This document shows positions 25,071 through 39,158 of a DNA stretch of 64,000 nt, piece after piece; position 1 is the stretch's first letter, and each line of letters opens with the position of its first letter. The notes beneath the pieces were generated by a model that did no database searches, was not told the DNA's origin, and was given only the letters and a program-made list of their open reading frames with translations. The stretch is taken from the NCBI RefSeq assembly GCF_004010195.1, contig NC_057719.1, positions 93,823,076 to 93,887,075 of the forward strand, in the 5' to 3' direction. Made by a program: the position numbers and the translations under genes. Origin of the DNA: Chiloscyllium plagiosum (Eukaryota).

Positions 25071-28000
25071 TTCTGAAATAAATGTCAAAACATTTATTGT
25101 GATTAAAGTTGCATGAATAAAATTAACATGTGTCTTCAAGAAAACTGCAGGAAGAAAGCATATAACTCTTGCATTGCCTGCGTTTTTGAACAAAATCATT
25201 TTTTCAATTGTTGCTGTATGATTTCTGTCAAATCATACAGCTAAATTTTATAATTTAATTTTCAGTTTCTTGATCTTACTGAATATCCAATCAGCATCAG
25301 AGCAAATTGCTTTCAAAATATTAAGTCAATTTATCTGTCAAGATTCTAGAAACAATGATCAATTGTAATAATACACAGCAATTTAATTTAGACTTTGTTA
25401 AAAATGCGGTTTTTAAATTTCATTCATTATTTCTTATTGTCAATGCTACTATATTAATATCTGTTTGTTCAGGCCAATGCAAACACAAAAAGCCAATAAC
25501 ATCCCTTACAAAATTCTTTGTAAATATCTGATATTTGCTCATTTGAAAGATCACAGTAATCTCCGACTTTGAAATTCAGAGAGTTCCAATTATTTTCCCT
25601 GCAATATTACTCTTCATTTCTACACATTACACAGTCTAATATCAAGATGAGATATCTCATTACTGTCAAATTCACGAATATAAGTTATAAAATCCCTTTG
25701 TTGCTAATACCTTATATCGAATAATTGTTCAATCCAGTAAGGGGTATAAATGTGGAATTATGCTTCCATACAATGAATAATGCAAGGACTTTGCAATGTA
25801 CAATCTCGCAATCATTGTGAATATTGTATTTATCTTAAACTTGGAAACATTATTGAATTGATTTGATTATAATTTATTTCGATGCTGACATTTCCTGTGT
25901 ATCCAATCACACTATCAGTAGATGGTTTGGAGGTATCACTGTTCATTCCAATAATCATAGTATCTGCTATATACATTCTTCTGGTCAGGAATAGCAAGAT
26001 ATATCTAATTCCCAGGAATAGCAAGATATATACCTCAATCAATATTCCTGGGAAAATATTTGAGAATGTTGCAGTCATAAAGCTGAAACATACGAAGTTA
26101 TGATAGTCACTAATTTTCTCTTGTTCTATAGATCTTAGTTCAAACAACACATAGAACTTTATGTTTCAGTGTTATAAATATGAGAAAAGATCAATTACTA
26201 CTTCAGTAAAATAAACAATTGACACTTGCTATTATTCATCAATTTTTACTTATTAATCGGTTTATGAATTGTGTGAGATTTGTTTAGCTTTCCAGTCACC
26301 TAATTATGTTGAATGTGACATTGAAATGCTGTGAAAATATTAGGATGTGTTCATTTGAGAGTTGAATTTGCATATCTCTCACTTATCCAAATTATTGCAT
26401 GATGGTTCAAGAATGTTTCACTCAGCAATTCTAGTAAGTTTCAAAAATTGTCTGATTTTAAATCAGATCTTTCACACCCAATTATCAATCTGTTACTAAT
26501 TCATGTAAATCTCTCAATTTTATCGAAACCAACGTTCGCACTAAACAGTACACAGAAAGCAACACAAAGGCTTTCATCACCATCTGATTACTGTTCAGAA
26601 GAATAACCTGAGTAAGTACCTTTTTGCTCCTGAAACCAATGACAACAGTAAGCATTTGTTTACTATTCCATGCAACAAGTCCAATTGATATCTTTTATTT
26701 CAGTTCAGTAGTTAAAGATGATTTATGTTGCTTAAAACAATACTTCTACATTATCACGGATATTGATTGGAACAAAACTTTGATATTCTAAAAATCTTTA
26801 AGTCTACTTATTTTAAATTTATGTGCAAGAGAAATTTCAAATTACAACAATTTTTGTTGTATAATTCAACAAACATAAATTTTGAATTTGTGAAAGTCCT
26901 CCATTTTTGCAAAATGGAAGTAGTCTTCAGTTTATATAACACATTAAATGACTGTTTTGTTTATCACATCATGCGCATTGGAAAATGATTATTAGTTTTG
27001 TTTCGTTGTAAGAAAAGAACTGCTTTGTACATGTTGAATTATTTGTCTTTTCTATTTCGACATTATTCATCATTGTACAATACAATTATTATAATTACTT
27101 TATATACCAAATGTCATTGACTGCATCATTTGCTCGCTTTCGTTATCTATTAATTTTCTTCCAAATTTTGACACAAATGTCTGAACACTGACCATAATAT
27201 TAACCATATAAATTAAGATACCATGAGGAAAACATTAGACGGACATTCATAATTCTTGTATTACCTGTGTTTTTGAGTCAGAAAAGAAAAAAACTTGTTC
27301 TATCATCACTGAATGGCTCATTTTTTTTCTTTAATCCATAAAGCCATATTTTGTTTCTCAGTTTACCGATCTTAATAAACATCCAATCGACATCACAGCA
27401 AAGTACTTTTGAAATATTGAATCATTTTAATTGCTCAAAATACAACATTAATTATCAAGTCATTGTCATGACAATAATTGCACAATTGTTTAAGAAAGTT
27501 TTTTGAACAAGCAAAGTGAGATACACATTTTAATTAAAGCAATTCTTTCTGAGAACCAATACTGCACTATGAAATTGCGTTTTCTTTTACAGGTCAAGTA
27601 TCACACAATGGATCCAAGAACTTCCCATTCAACATTCATTGTAAATGTCTGATGTTTGCTTAATTGAATGATCACCGTAATCACAGGCTTTGAATTTAGA
27701 GACCTGCAATTACTTTTCACTGCAATAATTCCTGTTTGTTTCCTCATATTCATCAGTCACATAGCAAAACAAGATTTCTCATTATTCCTAAATTCATTGA
27801 TCGAATTTTACAATTCAGTTGTTGCTCATACCTAATAATTTTTCAGTCTAGTATATGTTGCAAATGTGGAATTACGGCTCTTTACATGAATAACTAAATA
27901 TATTGTAGCATATAATCTCTCAATCATTGTTAATATCAATTCTTATTTTGCCCGTGGAAGCATAGTTGAATGCATTTAAATATATTTCAGTTCGATGCGA

Positions 28001-28729
28001 ACATTTATTGTGTTTATATTGACATCAGATTTAAATGTTTTTCATGCAACAAAATAATTTAAAATTTCCTGCGTTTTGTTAAGTCAAATGAAAAAGAATT
28101 AACACCTCTATTATTTCATTGAACAATGACAGTACATTTTTATTTCTTCGAAGTTGAGCATTTTTGCAAGGAAGGGATGTTGCCTTCAGCTGAATACATG
28201 CATTGAATGACGAATTCACAGAATCTGCTGTTATTCTCTGCAAGTTCCCAAAAAAGAAATTCACTAATTCTGCTGGTTCTAAATTCCTGGAAAGTATTTG
28301 AGAATGTTGTGGTCATAAAGATGAAGAAGTATTTGTACTGAATTTTTATTTTTAATTGGAAAAAGCTTAATTCAAATATTCCAGGCACATAAATCGCTAT
28401 TCTGCAGTGTTACAAAGATTAAAAGCAAGTCAATTTCTTTGGCAGTAAAATAAACAAATGTCACTTCCCATTATTCATTAGACAGTTAAATCCCAAATTT
28501 GTTATTAAACAATGCAATTCATCTAAATATTGTTGTGTCCTTTGCTCAAATTAATTTTCTAATTATTGTCATTCATGATTTGTCAGGTATTTGCTTTTGT
28601 TTGTTTTCATTCATCTATTCATATTGAATTTAAGATTAATATGCTTTGTCAATATCACAGACTGTTCATTTGAAATTTGACTTTGCACGTCTCTCACTTC
28701 TCTCACTTCTTGCATGGGGCTCGGTATTG

Positions 28730-29055
28730 AGAACAGTGGATCAGTGGTTAGCACTCTTGCCTTACAATTTGGGTTCAATTCCAGCCTTGGCCACCTGTTT
28801 GTGTGGCGTTTGCATGTTCTCCCTGCGTCGATGTGACTTTGCTCTGGCTTTCTCCCACAATCCAAAGATGTGCAGGTTAGCTGAATTGGCCATGCTAAAT
28901 TGTACGTTGTGTTCAGGTATGTGTAGGTTAGGCGCATTAGTGAGGGGTAAATGAAAGTAATCTGAAAGCTGAATGGTTCAGAGTGGATAATTCTTTGGAA
29001 AGTCAGTGAGGATTTGTTGGGCCAAATGGCCTGTTTCCACACAGAGGTATTCCAT
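28730..29055 (+). mobile_element. Older HE1/V-SINE-type SINE
   Basis: CAGTGGTTAGCAC head, CCCACAATCCAAAGATGTGCAGGTTAG core, GGGCCAAATGGCCTGTTTCC tail. Confidence 0.85.
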
Positions 29056-29563
29056 AAACTTAGAATTGTGTTTTGCTTATCAAAATTAACAATTAAAAAA
29101 AGTTCCGTTTAAAACTTATCTTTAACACCCAATTGTTAATCTTGTAAAATATCTCAAAGTTACTGAAATGAATGCTCAAACAAAACACTGCACATAAAGA
29201 CTCGCAAAGGTCTTCATGAACACTAATTATTGTTCAGTAGAATGATCACAGTAACTATTGGATGGTTCCTGAGATCATTCACCACTATCACAGTCAGGAT
29301 TGGGTTCATCATTCCCTCTGATAAATGCAATAGTTGTCCTCTGGTATTACAGTTCAATAATTATATACAATGTTGGTTATCCAAAGGAACAGTTATTCTT
29401 TATTATGAATGGCCAAGGATTCTAACCGCCAGAGATGTTCGTTCTTATTTGATGCGTGTTTTCAAATAGTGTTTTCACTATAAATATTGCAAAAAAAGTG
29501 TCAATTTGGTCTTGTTCAACTGCGGATGCTAAAAACTTCAATTCATGTTCATTAAAAATATTT

Positions 29564-29777
29564 GGAGAAAGTGACGCAAGCCAAAGCTGAAGGTCAGAGT
29601 CGAGAGTGTGGCTTTGGAAAAGGCCAGGCACATTCAAACAGCAGGAGTATCGAGCTTTCGGGCATTATGCCATCATCAGAAAAGATTCGTGATGAAGGGA
29701 GAATGCCCAAAACGTCGATTCTGCTTCTCCTCGAATGCTGCCTAATCTGCTGTGCTTTTCCAGCATCACGCTCTTGA
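29564..29777. mobile_element. Older Penelope-derived fold-back mini-element
   Basis: Starts GGAGAAAGTGA; imperfect inverted repeat around decayed hammerhead GTGATGAAGGG..GCCCAAAACGTCGA; TSD CATTAAAAATATTT/CATTAGACATATTT; empty site at ~34905. Confidence 0.8.
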
Positions 29778-32700
29778 CATTAGACATATTTGTCTGAATA
29801 TTCAGAGAAAACATTAAAAGTTGCCTCTGTAAATTTAATTTACTGTGCTTTCTATTTACTGAATTTCTCATGTTAATTGCCCCTCTTTTTCTTCTTAAAT
29901 CTGATACAAATCTCAAAATGCAGAACATGTTACAATTTACATGAATTACAAATTATCATGCTCGACAAGAAGACCAATGGAAGGCGATATAGAATGCTTG
30001 AACAGCCTACACATTTGAATGAAAAATCAATTCCTTCCAAAAAATACTCTGCACGTCTGTATCTTTCCTTCAATTCAAGAATCCTGCAAATAGCTTATAA
30101 TTGTCAGTTGATCTCTCTGGATGAGTACCTAATGCATGTCAATGTAAACTGCTGAACAATATTAAATTGTATTATTTGTTAAACTGCAAACATTAATTAT
30201 TAATTCATTATTATAACAATAAGTGAACCACATTGTATCTGTCCGCTGAGGTCAAGTAGCCAGTGGCCCATACTTAACATTCGTATTATTACTATAGCTG
30301 GAGAAATCGGAGCTAAGAAATGTCAAACTAAAGCAAACAGTAGACAAAATAAATCAGCTTCAGAAAGCAGTGGAATGTCCGGTCAAAGAGGACACAAAAG
30401 TTCGGGAGATCCAGTTTAAACCAGCCCAAGTGCTGTGTATTGGCGAGGTGGAAGCAGACTTCCTGGCAACTTGACTTGCAGCCATTGCCTGAGCTGGGAA
30501 TGACAAGTCAAGGGTGTTTATTGTTGAAGTATCGCAGCAAACATCACACTGTCACCAGATCCAAAGATATGCTAGAGATACCTCCTTATAGTTCATGCAT
30601 TATATCTTTCACAACCCAAAAATCACACTTAATTACTTATCACCGAGAATGCTTATAGTAACATATATCGAAATGAAAGGCAAGTTTTCTCGCAGGTTTT
30701 CAGTCCAATCATCACGACAAAAGTGTAATCACGGCTCAGTACATCAGTAGCTGCAAACATTTCAATCAGATCCCCATTAACTTTATTCATCTGCTTTTAT
30801 AAAGACAATATTGAAATCACTTCCTCTATACATGCTGCTGACAATATTTTTCTATGATCCCATGTTCTTTATCTACGCAATTTCTTCATAATTCTGACGG
30901 AAATTTGTAAATATGGATGAGATGAAAATAACGTGAATTTATATATCATATTTCTTCAGATGAAAAGCAGAAGCAGGAAGTACAGAAATCTTGAATATCC
31001 TAGAATTTTGAATGATGAAACAATTCTAATCAATAATCAGTGAATGTCTCATATTTTCCCCACAAATCATGCCAGCATTTTAATTCTCAGTTCATTGATC
31101 GAAATAAATATCTAGTCAACATCAGAGCAAAGCTGTTTGGAAATTTTTGAATCATTTACTTCGCCAGACTTCTAAAATTAACTATCAATTCATTGTCACC
31201 CCGGTAATTCAGCTTTGGTTTTGTAGCAAACATCGTGAGATTCACATTTTAAATTAATCCATTATCTCTTCGCGCCAATGCTAGAATGGAAAATTGACCT
31301 TTTTATCCAGATCAACACACCCACAAACCAACCAATGATTTCCCATCCAACATTCACAGCATATATTTGATCATTTGCTATTTGATTTTTCACAAAAAAA
31401 TCATTGGATTAATATTCGGCTTTATTAGCTAAGACACTTCATATTGTTTTGCATTCGAAAAAATTCTGTTCATGTCTATAAATTACGGACAGCAACATGA
31501 GATTTCTAAAGATTTTTAAGTTTGCAAGGAACTGTTCATAAGACTAATGTTGCTTATATCTAATATTTAATCATTGTTTAGATTCAATATATCGAGCTCT
31601 ATATGTGGAATTATGGATCAGTGACGTAAACATATTGCAACGTCCCATTTCCCAACAATAGTGAATGCTGACTTGTATTTTAATAGTGGTATCCTACTTG
31701 ATATGCTTTGATTAAATTTTAATGTAATACAAACATTTATTGTGATTCAAATGGTCTCATTCAGAGCGAAATATTTTTTTCATATTAAAAAAGTTTTAAG
31801 CTTGGTTTTTAATTTGTGCAAGAAAACAATGGAGATACATCAATTTGCTGTTTAGTTAAACTAACGTGAAATTTTGAAATTTTGGAAATATTACAATGTG
31901 GGAAAAATAACTTGTCAGCTGGCATGACATATTAAATGATGTTTTGCCTTTTCAAATCATGAGCATTCCAAAATTATTTTTATTTTAATTTCTATATAAG
32001 AAAAATTGTTTTGAAGATGTGAGTTTTTTTTTCATTTTTATTCCAACATTAGTTGACAATGAACAAGAATCACACAATTGTCAGAATTCCCTTTTCTATC
32101 AAATGTCACTGACTGCATCTTTTGTTCAATGGAATACTCACTAGCACTGTCTAATTATTTTCTTCCCAATGCTGACACAAATGTCTAAACATTGATCATA
32201 ATAAATACTATCATATTCATAATAAATTTACATATCTCTTCAAGAAATCCAGAGCAAGGAAAGATATAATGTTGTGTTCCCTGCATTTTTGAGTACAAAC
32301 ACTTTTGTTCAAATATAGCTGAATGACCTTTTTAAAATAAACAGCTAACTTCTGTATATTATTTATCACTACATCAAATTGAAGGAATATCCAATCAACA
32401 TCGGATTAAAGCCCATTCAATATATTGAATTAATTTATCCATCAGGATTCTAACATTAATTATAAATTCATTGACATTGCAGTAATTATAAAAACATTCA
32501 ATTATTCCTTGTGACAAGTGAACCTTTTTTGAACGTCATCCATTATTTCTCGGAGGCAATGCTGCAACATACATATCTGTTTATCATGGCAACGTACCCA
32601 CAAAAGAACCAACGAATTCCATTCAAAACCTCATTGTAAATGTACGATTTTCACTCATTTGCAAGGTCACATTAATCTCAGCCTTATAAATTCAGAGAAA

Positions 32701-35700
32701 AGTATTCTTTATTTCTACATATTGCTCAGTCAAATACCTACCTCATTCATCTTATTTTTACTTACAGAATTTTAAAAATATATTTGTTGCTAATGCATAA
32801 TTTATAATAATTGTTCAATCCAGCAAGGGGTATAAATGTGGAAATAAGGCTCCATGCAATAAGGAATGCAAAGACATTGTATTGTATAATCTCTCAATCA
32901 CTGTGAATACTGATTTTTATTTTGACAGTGGAATTATTGTTGAATTGATTTGATTATATTTAGTTCAAAGCTAACTTTTATTGTGTTTATGATCACAACT
33001 GGGGATAACTTTACCTCATATGATAAACTATTTACATTAATGTCAATTTTTTCAAAGAAATATGCAAAAAAATCTACAAATTGTTTTTTTTTCATTAAAC
33101 AATGACAGTAAATTTTGATTTCTTGAAAATCTTACATTTTTGGAAAGAGACAAAGTTTTCCTCAGCTGAATAGTCACACTGAATGATCACTTCAATATTT
33201 TGAATGTGGTTGCAAAAACCTTTTCAACTTGCAATGTGTTGCTAAAGTTTTTTTTTAAATTTTTATTTCATCAAATGACAAACTGCTTTGAACTTATCGT
33301 ATTATTTCATTGATTATTATTTGTCAGTGTACATTAATAACACCACTATGTCAAATTGTCTTTCCATGAATTATCACAAATTTCATACTTAATTAATACA
33401 TTTATTGTTTCATTCCAACATTCTGGTGAATTACTGTTGTTTTCAGTTCATTCCAAACAGAAGCAATCTAATTAATTCCCAAAACATTTATCATGCTAGT
33501 TTTCACTTGAGTAACTACAGTAAACATGTGGTTATTGTCCTGCTCTTCCTGGATAGGAATTTTATGAAGGATTCTTGTGGAGCTCTGGTAGTGTTTCCAC
33601 TACTAGAGCAGAAAGCATGTTTTCAATTCACACTTCAACAGAGATTTGTCAGAGTAGCTCTGAATGTTGACTGAAAAATATCTAAGAACTAAGTGAACTG
33701 CTTTTCAATTCAATCCGATATTCATTCCAATGATCACAACATCTACTATTTATTTTCTTCATGTCTCTAATATATGTGTATACCAATTTCTGCTCATTCT
33801 AAATATTTGGGAATGTTGCTGCCTTCAAGATGAAATAGTCGATGTTATGATATTCATTGATTTTTTTTTCTGATCCAAAGGGCATTTTTCTAATAATTTA
33901 AACACATAAAATCTTATGCTGCCGTGCAATAAATCTGAAAAATAAAATCAATTTCTTCTTCAGTGAAATAACCAAATGTCCCTTCCAGTTATTCACCAAT
34001 TAGCTGATTTCCTACTTTTGTAACTAATTATTGTAATTTGTCTAATATTTTATACCCTTTGATCAGTGAATAATTCATTGTTGTTCAGTTTATGAATTAT
34101 ATGAAATTTGTTTTGACTTTTCCACTCACCTATTGATATTGAATTTCAGTTTTAAATGCTTTCAAAATATTGGAATGTGCTCATTTACAAGCTCACTTTG
34201 CATATCTCGCAATATCACTTATTGCATGATGTGTTTCACATAGCAATCCCGGTAAATATCAAGAATTGGTTAAGTTTAAATCAGATCTTTGACATACAAG
34301 TATCAGTCTGTTCCAAATGCACATTCACAGCATGAGGAGCTACAAAGATCTTCATGAACATCTAATGACTGTTCTGTAGAATGACCAAAGATTCTTCTTG
34401 TTCTTGTGTGTAATCACCACTGGCTTTGCATATCTCACAACAATCTAACTTATTGCATGATGGTTAATGTACATTTCACACAGCAACCCGCTCATAATTC
34501 AAATAAAATATCTCAATGTTATTGAAATCAATGCTTACACAAAACACTGCAAGTAAAGTGACACAACGGTATTTATGACTATCTAATTACCGCTCAGGAG
34601 AAAAAAATGAGCAGCTATTTTATTGTTACCAATGCAATCACCACACTAAGCATTTGGATATCAAATCCCCCAATAAATGTAGTGACTATCCTCTTATACT
34701 TAGGTTCAGGAAGTACACATGATACTTGGTGCTCAAAGCAAGAGTTATTCTTTTGTAAGAATGGCCAAGGATGCTAACAGCAAGAGCTGTTGTTAGTCCT
34801 GATATGTTACATCTTTTCAAACAGGTTTTCCATCCAAATATTGTAAAGGAAAGTATAAATTTGGCTTTATTCAACTGTGGATGCATACATTTTCAGTTCA
34901 TGTCCATTAACAATATTTATCTGCTTATTCCGAGCAATCACTCAAAGTTGCCTCTTTAAATTTAATTTACTGTGCTTACCACTCACTGAAGTACTGATGT
35001 CAATTACTCCTTGTTTTCTCCTTGAACCTCAAAATACTGATTACAACACAAGTCAGATGAATATTTTCAACAAGAAAACCAATGGGAGGTGACATAGCAT
35101 TCTTGAAAAGCCAATATATTTGAATGAAAAATCAATTCCTTTTAAAAAATGCTGTGATCTCTATCTTCTTACAATTCACAATCCTGCAACTAGATTGTAA
35201 CTCTCAGTTTATCTATCTTAATGAACATCTAATAAATATTAGATTAAATTGTTGGAAAATGTATCACTGTACTTGTTTAATTGCAAACTTTAATAATCAC
35301 AATTAATGAACCATATTTTAACTATCCATTGAGGTCATGTCACTAGTAACCCAAAATTGAACATTCTAAATTCACCTTCAGCCAGAGAAATCAGGCCTGA
35401 CAGAAAATTGATCAAACTAAATCAACCAGCAGACAGGATCAACCAGCTGCATAAAACAATGGACACCCAACTCAAAGTGGTTGCAAAGGTTTGGGAGATT
35501 CAGTTACAACCAGCCCAAGAGTTGCATATTGGAGAGTTTGAAGCAGGTTTCCTGGCACCTTGACTTGCAGCCAGTGCCTGAGCACTAATACACCTCCATT
35601 GGGAATAACAACAGTGAAGGGCTTGTGTTTGTGCACCAATCCATTGGAAGATTTAAATGCAGTTCATGAGCATATTCAGAACTTTGCCACAAGATTATGA

Positions 35701-36191
35701 ATCATTTTCCAAATCATGGGAAACAGTTGGAAGCTATTGAAATCAAATCACTCCTAATCACTACACATAAAACCGCACAATGGTCTTCAACGCCACCTAA
35801 CTACTGTTCAGTGAAAAAATTCTTTCTAAGTACCTTATTGTTCTCAGCATGAATAGCCACAGAAAACATCGTGCTCTCACCAGATCCAAAGATGTGTAAG
35901 AGATACCTTCCGATAATTTACACACAGCATCTTTCCCAGACCAATAATCACAATTTATTACATATGGCTGAGGATGCTAATCATAACATGTTTGAGATGT
36001 AGAAAGTACTGAATGTAGGCAAGTTTACTGATGGGTTTCCAGTCTGAAAAGCATGATAAAAATCTAATTGTGGCCTAGTATATTATGAACAGATCCCCAT
36101 TAAACTTAATTATCTCTTTATTCAGAGACAATATTGAAAATAAATTATTTGATAAATGCTGTTGACTGTGTCTGATATCGATGTTCCTTAT

Positions 36192-36923
36192 TGTGGGAAA
36201 TAGAACCCACTCACTTCAATAATTTCAGTCCGAGACAAGATCTGGAGCAGCACTATCATTTATTATACTTTTGCAAGAGTGGTGTCTATACGTTAGGCAC
36301 CCCAAGTCCAATGAGCACATGACTTTTATATAATTCATTTCTCCTTTACTCCACCCCCATTTGTTCCATTGCTCCTCCCCTGTTTGCAACTCCCACTTCT
36401 CTGAGCCCGGCACCCATTATTCTTGTTTATCTCTTGCCTTATCCAGTCTTATGCATAACAAAGTATAACTTTTGCTTGGCCATTTCACCACATCCCGCTG
36501 TGGTCCATTGTTAGGGTATATCCTCCTTCATTATCATCTGCTTCCTTGCTTGTTAAAGTAACATTTCTTCTTCATCCACACTGAGCCTTATGATCATTTG
36601 ATTGTGTTTTTTTTTGTTGTTTTTACAGAAGCGGGAAACAGATGCTTGTAACTGTTTGTATTTGCATATCTAGCTTAAACTACATCCCTCTCCTCACCGC
36701 AACTTATCTACTGGTCTGTAACATCTACCATTGTTTGCAGGCACATTTCATTCTTGTATGCACATTTTAGCTAATGCAAAAACAATTATGTATTTCCTTC
36801 ACATAGTTTTTATTCTTGTTAACTCAGTTCTTGGCTGAAACAATTATACACTGGTAAGAGTATATTTAACTTGCATAAGCAATTATGGTTGCAGAAGTAA
36901 CACTGCTTTACTTATATCTCACA
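36192..36923 (-). mobile_element. 3' LTR of ERV remnant B (same family as provirus C)
   Basis: TG...CA; aligns along its length with 58858-59584; adjacent polypurine tract (CTCCCCCCTTTT on the + strand at 36927-36938). Confidence 0.88.
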
Positions 36924-36944
36924 ATTCTCCCCCCTTTTCTTTAA

Positions 36945-38490
36945 TTATCATTTGTTATCTTCTGCATTTTTCTTATATGTCATTTTCAAATTGACAAGCA
37001 TCTTTCCCGAAATTTCACTTATTTTTGGAAATCTCTCTGAGGTTACTTATTCCTTCATTGTTTAACAGGTGGAGCCCTTCTCTCCAATTGCTCTTTAGGG
37101 GCATCTGTTTCATTAAGGCTGTCTCAATCAGTCTCAATGACCGCTCAGAAACATGACAATGGCTACCAATACCCCGACTACTACTATCAGGGAAGTTAGG
37201 ATAGAAACCACCACCCCCTTCCAAACCATGATTCAAGTCATCCCGTGAGAGATGTGTCTACTCCTGAATTCTCAGCCAGTTCCACTGCTAAGGTAATCAA
37301 TACCCTTAAGGCCCGAGTAATTGAACCATCAGGCACAGTGTTATTAGGAATAAATGTGCAACAGCTTCCTCCTAACATCACACACACACACACACCCTAT
37401 TTTTCCGCTAAAATTATATCAAGGGCCATTCTGTTTTCCCATTCCATCCTACCTGTCGCAACAAGCTGTTCTGATATTCCTTTAACCACATCTCATGCAT
37501 CATTTCTAAATCGCTGTTGATTATAGAAAATGAAATTTATCTAATCCACATTTTTGTTAACTGTTATCCCCAAAAGAGAGCTGACTCAAAGCCTGCTGCA
37601 ATCTGGTTGGAAGCCTTAAACTCATCAGGTACCCCCCTCTGCCCCCAGGGACTCCTATAGAATTGAGATAAATCCTGTCATCGAAAGAGGTGTCAAACAG
37701 TGATCTCTTACTCCTTCCCTTTTTTCTCCTTCTCTAATGCCAGGGTAAATGGAATTGCCAATAGTACAATTACATATCCCTCTCCAATCTGGAGGTAGGT
37801 TGGGTCCCAATATTTTGCCTCCACAGTACCATCACAGATCCGCTGGGGGAACCTTTTGTGCTGAGTAGTTCCCTCCCTTGTCTGTTTCGGTGACATTCTT
37901 AATATCTATACATAATTTCAGTTCCCCCAAATCTCTAGACCGATTTGTACCGCATCTACGCGCACACGACATGTGATTTCCGACTGCGGCTGAAAACATT
38001 GCGGGGGGGGAGGTGGGCTTTTAAGTCTTTCGCCTCCAAGGGAGGGAAAATTAGAGATGGGGAGGTACACTTCCTATCATTCCATGCAGTCTTATCCTGA
38101 TACAGGTCTATCGTACATTTCATGCCCTTCCTGTCTCGCTTCCACCCGAGCGGAAAGGGAACCACCTGGACCACTGGTCTACTGGAGGCACATGCATAGC
38201 AATTGCTTTTGTTCACACATTTTACAGTATATTTTACCCATTCAACACAGACATTTGCATCCCCGTACCCAGTGTCTATTTCGATGGTCTGTTTTAAGTC
38301 CTTTACCTCTATAATTTTTACTACTTTAAGATCATCAGCAAGAGGTGTAGTAAGGTTGTACCTTATTATCCAGTAGTTCTGCCCGTTTTCCCTGTCCTAC
38401 GCTAATTCGAAAAGAACAGCCCGAGAAATCCTTCCCGTTTGTTTTCATTTCTATCACAAATGTTTCATTTAATTATACCTGATAGTTGCC
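36945..38490 (-). pseudogene. env: Retroviral env remnant of ERV B (frameshifted)
   Basis: SNCYAC CxxC motif, RSKR furin site (~37705-37720), ENRMALDIILAEK immunosuppressive-domain-like segment, GGSCCTFIPNNTVPDGS. Confidence 0.88.
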
Positions 38491-39004
38491 CCCCTGTCCC
38501 CCCCCCCCCCCTGCAGGGCGATATAGAAATGTAATTGTTGTAAGTGCTAGTGGAGTGTAACTTCTGTAGATGGGGGGTAAGACATTATACAAACGGTCAT
38601 GGAATTCTTGTAGCATGTAGTATACTTAAGGCTAAGACTTTAATGAATATAGGGGGTCTTTTAAAGAAGTAGTTTTAAAGAAAATAGTTTTAAGCTAGGA
38701 AGTAACTGTGGAGTGTTGAGCTGACCACAAAAGAATAAAGAATGCAGACATCCAGGAATGGCTTGGTACAGAGATAAGGGATTTGAAAAACAAGTGAGGT
38801 AACTGACTCGTGATAGGACCAATGGGAAAAGGGAGGCATAAGCCTGCAACACACCAACTGTATAAAAATGATTTTATGACTGATATCTTTGCACTCTTTG
38901 TCAGGCTAGCGGGGTGCCCGGACTTGCAAGTTTGTAATAAATTGTCCTTGTTTCCATGGCTTTGTCTCCGGCTGATTTGTATGTGAGTTTTATTTCTAAC
39001 AATT

Positions 39005-39022
39005 TGGGGGCTCGTCCGGGAT
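39005..39022 (+). promoter_or_regulatory. Primer-binding site, tRNA-Pro
   Basis: TGGGGGCTCGTCCGGGAT, the canonical 18-nt Pro PBS, 3 nt after the LTR CA. Confidence 0.95.
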
Positions 39023-39158
39023 CCAAAATCTGACCGCTCGACACTCTTGGGACTACGGGGAAGTGCACCTCGCCGATTTCGGTGATCTCCGACTCCTTTA
39101 TTTGCCATTTGCGGTTTGGGCGAGTACGATCCGGACTGGGGGACCCTGGAAACAAGGA

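Noticed and set aside
24500..36190. Immunoglobulin/TCR cluster with RSS motifs
   Set aside because: CACAGT-like heptamers occur, but I found no correctly spaced nonamers and no V, J or C coding segments
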